A stretch of DNA of 64,000 bases, taken from Magallana gigas (Eukaryota). The stretch covers positions 10,044,001 through 10,108,000 of the forward strand of contig NC_088861.1 of assembly GCF_963853765.1 (NCBI RefSeq), written 5' to 3'. The translations under genes were made by a program, and so were the position numbers. The first letter of the stretch is position 1, and each line of letters opens with the position of its first letter. The notes under the pieces are model-generated. The model ran no database searches and was not told the DNA's origin. It saw only the letters and a list, made by a program, of their open reading frames with translations. Positions 61,990 to 64,000 of the stretch are shown here, piece by piece.

Positions 61990-62653
61990 CCCATAATTAC
62001 GTAGGTAAAAAAGCAACACTAATTGCAAAACGTAAGTGCTTTTATTTCTTGTATCTTTAGACGTTTTAGAGTCGTTAAAATTATGAAGAATTGCGTTACC
62101 TAGTAATAACGTCAACAATAATACTATGACGTCGCAATGCTTATTTAAAAAATCATAAAATTAATCAAGTTATATAGCGTTAAATATATAGTTAAAAAAA
62201 AGAGTGATACAGTGATAATAGTCTGTATCAAACTATTTAAAGAAGGTTTTAGTGACTTTATAAAGTGTTTTTCTTTTTCCCTTCGTTCAATTGGATTGTC
62301 CGTATCAAGTTTATAAAACGGGAAAATTTAAAAATGTCCGAATATAGTTTGATATATAAGTACCGTACGAGTTAACAACGGGGGTTCAAATTTTCATTTA
62401 TTAACTCTGACGTCAATTTATTAGTTCAATCAGGCCTGAAGTTTGCAGTCGATTGATTAGTTTAAAACGATTGGCCGCAGTGTCATTAACTTCTTTAAGA
62501 ATGTGAACTAAAACTGTTTTTAATGTAGTTGTTCATTTTTATAGTTTCTTTAGTAGTTTGAGAAGTAGCGCTAGACTTTGTTTTCTTTGTTTTTACCCAT
62601 GTAATTTTTTATCTTTTGCCCTGAAGATTAATTACTTTTCTTATCAATTATAG

Positions 62654-63273
62654 TCGGCAAAATGAAACTGGACGAACTGAAACTGTGAACTTCTGTACAA
62701 TTGCCTGTCTTTTACTTGATGTGTGTAATGACGCCATCCGAGATCTACTACGGTGCAAAATTAGTGCCAATGAACAGATTTTCACGAAAACATTAGAAAC
62801 AAACAGGATAAAAATTGAAAATCGGCTTTTTGATACTCAAAAAAAAATATTATTTCCCCCAAACAATGGCCTTGTGAGCTTCGAATCGCTAGACTTTTCC
62901 CTGATGTATTGCATTTTAAGAAATGTGTGTCCAGAAAAAATTGAACCAAATTCCAAGAATAAACAAAAGTGGGGGGGAAATCCAACACGTGGTGATAAAA
63001 GCCTTCTTGCTGCCATAGAAACAATTAGAGAGTGCAGAAATGAATTATTTGCACATGCTACGAAAGCAAAGATAAAGGACTCCGATTTTAATGATATTTG
63101 GACAAAGATAAAGACTGCTTTACAGACAATTGATCAAACTTTATCAGCGTCTCGGGAATCTTCTTACATAATGAAAATGAACAACTTACAGAAAATATCG
63201 TTGGATCCAGAATCTGAAAAACTCATGAAAAAACGGACAGAAAAGGAAGGGTATTTAACTACACTTTTTGAAG
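62654..63273 (+). CDS. Exon encoding a DZIP3-like HEPN domain followed by a helical segment (innate-immune STAND/ankyrin-type gene; remainder outside the window)
   Basis: Acceptor attatag|T; donor GAAG|gtaact; ETVNFCTIACLLLDV..FESLDFSLMYCILRN..WGGNP..AIETIRECRNELFAH..FNDIW; R-x5-H motif RNELFAH. Confidence 0.85.
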
Positions 63274-64000
63274 GTAACTGTTTATGATTTAACTATAACT
63301 ACATGTATTTGAAATGCAAGTCTATTATAAAGCTATGCAGCGGACCCAGAACAAAATTTCTAATCTATATAAAAGTTGCGGTTAAACTTACAGATGAGAA
63401 ACATCAGAAAAGTCTGCAATCAGTTATTAATTAAAAACTGTCTGTTTTCATAAATCTTCCATTAACTCTCTGTTGATTATCTATACATAAGATTGGCGTT
63501 TGTCATTTGTCAATTTATTGCATTTCTAAAATGAACAAATCATCTAAAATCTAAGAGTTTTGATGCATTTACAATGAATATGAACTCAAAACTATTTATT
63601 CTATGATGACAAAAACCATTAGTTTTCAAGATATAAAATAGCGAATTAATGAAATATGTTGAAACTGAATTTTTATTTCAAATATTTTAAACAAGAATAA
63701 AGAACTATCTAACAATAGATAATTTAACGTTTTGTTTTCGTTATCTGTACATCAATTTATTGTAGACGTGCTCCAGATTATAACGTTAAAAAGGTCAAAC
63801 CATAGCTTTTGATTGTTTTGTCATAAACAAGTTAATTGTTTAATGCCCCAGTCCTATAACTATAACAAATATTTTACCCTACTCTAATTTTAATGGCAGC
63901 TGCCAGGAATGGGGTCCTGACTAAGCTTCTATCGAATACAAAAAAGTAATCGTTTTTTAAATCATCTCGCAGGATGACACATTATATGTTTTTATAATAA

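Noticed and set aside
1-64000. Prokaryotic, phage or viral origin or operon structure
   Set aside because: Spliceosomal introns, microsatellites, SINE/LINE/LTR elements, TLR genes and low coding density all indicate animal nuclear DNA.

Overview
AT-rich eukaryotic genomic DNA, most likely a bivalve mollusc such as an oyster (inferred from repeat style and TLR/ZU5/HEPN gene content). It contains GT-AG introns, microsatellites and one 129-N assembly gap. Host genes are all innate-immune type and on the + strand: (i) the 3' exons of a PIDD1/DTHD1-like ZU5-UPA gene with an in-frame stop (4306-5946); (ii) two tandem Toll-like receptor paralogues, both disrupted (11250-13725, 20642-22843); (iii) an exon encoding a DZIP3-type HEPN domain with an intact RNase motif (62654-63273). 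The rest is mostly transposable elements: an L1/Tx1 LINE lacking its RT core, a decayed Ngaro-like tyrosine-recombinase retrotransposon, a Penelope-like RT fragment, a tRNA-derived SINE, Helentron-type non-autonomous elements carrying satellite monomers, and many TIR/MITE elements, several nested. The standout is a very recent Ty3/gypsy element (35829-43798; two apparently identical 733-bp LTRs, GTAA target duplication). It has an intact 1573-codon pol but no gag. Pol has its own strong-context ATG behind a candidate leader intron, the LTR starts with TA instead of TG, the PBS is atypical, and the integrase tail reads chromodomain - basic hinge - second chromo(shadow)-like domain, reminiscent of HP1. 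All family assignments come from motif recognition by eye, not from database searches.
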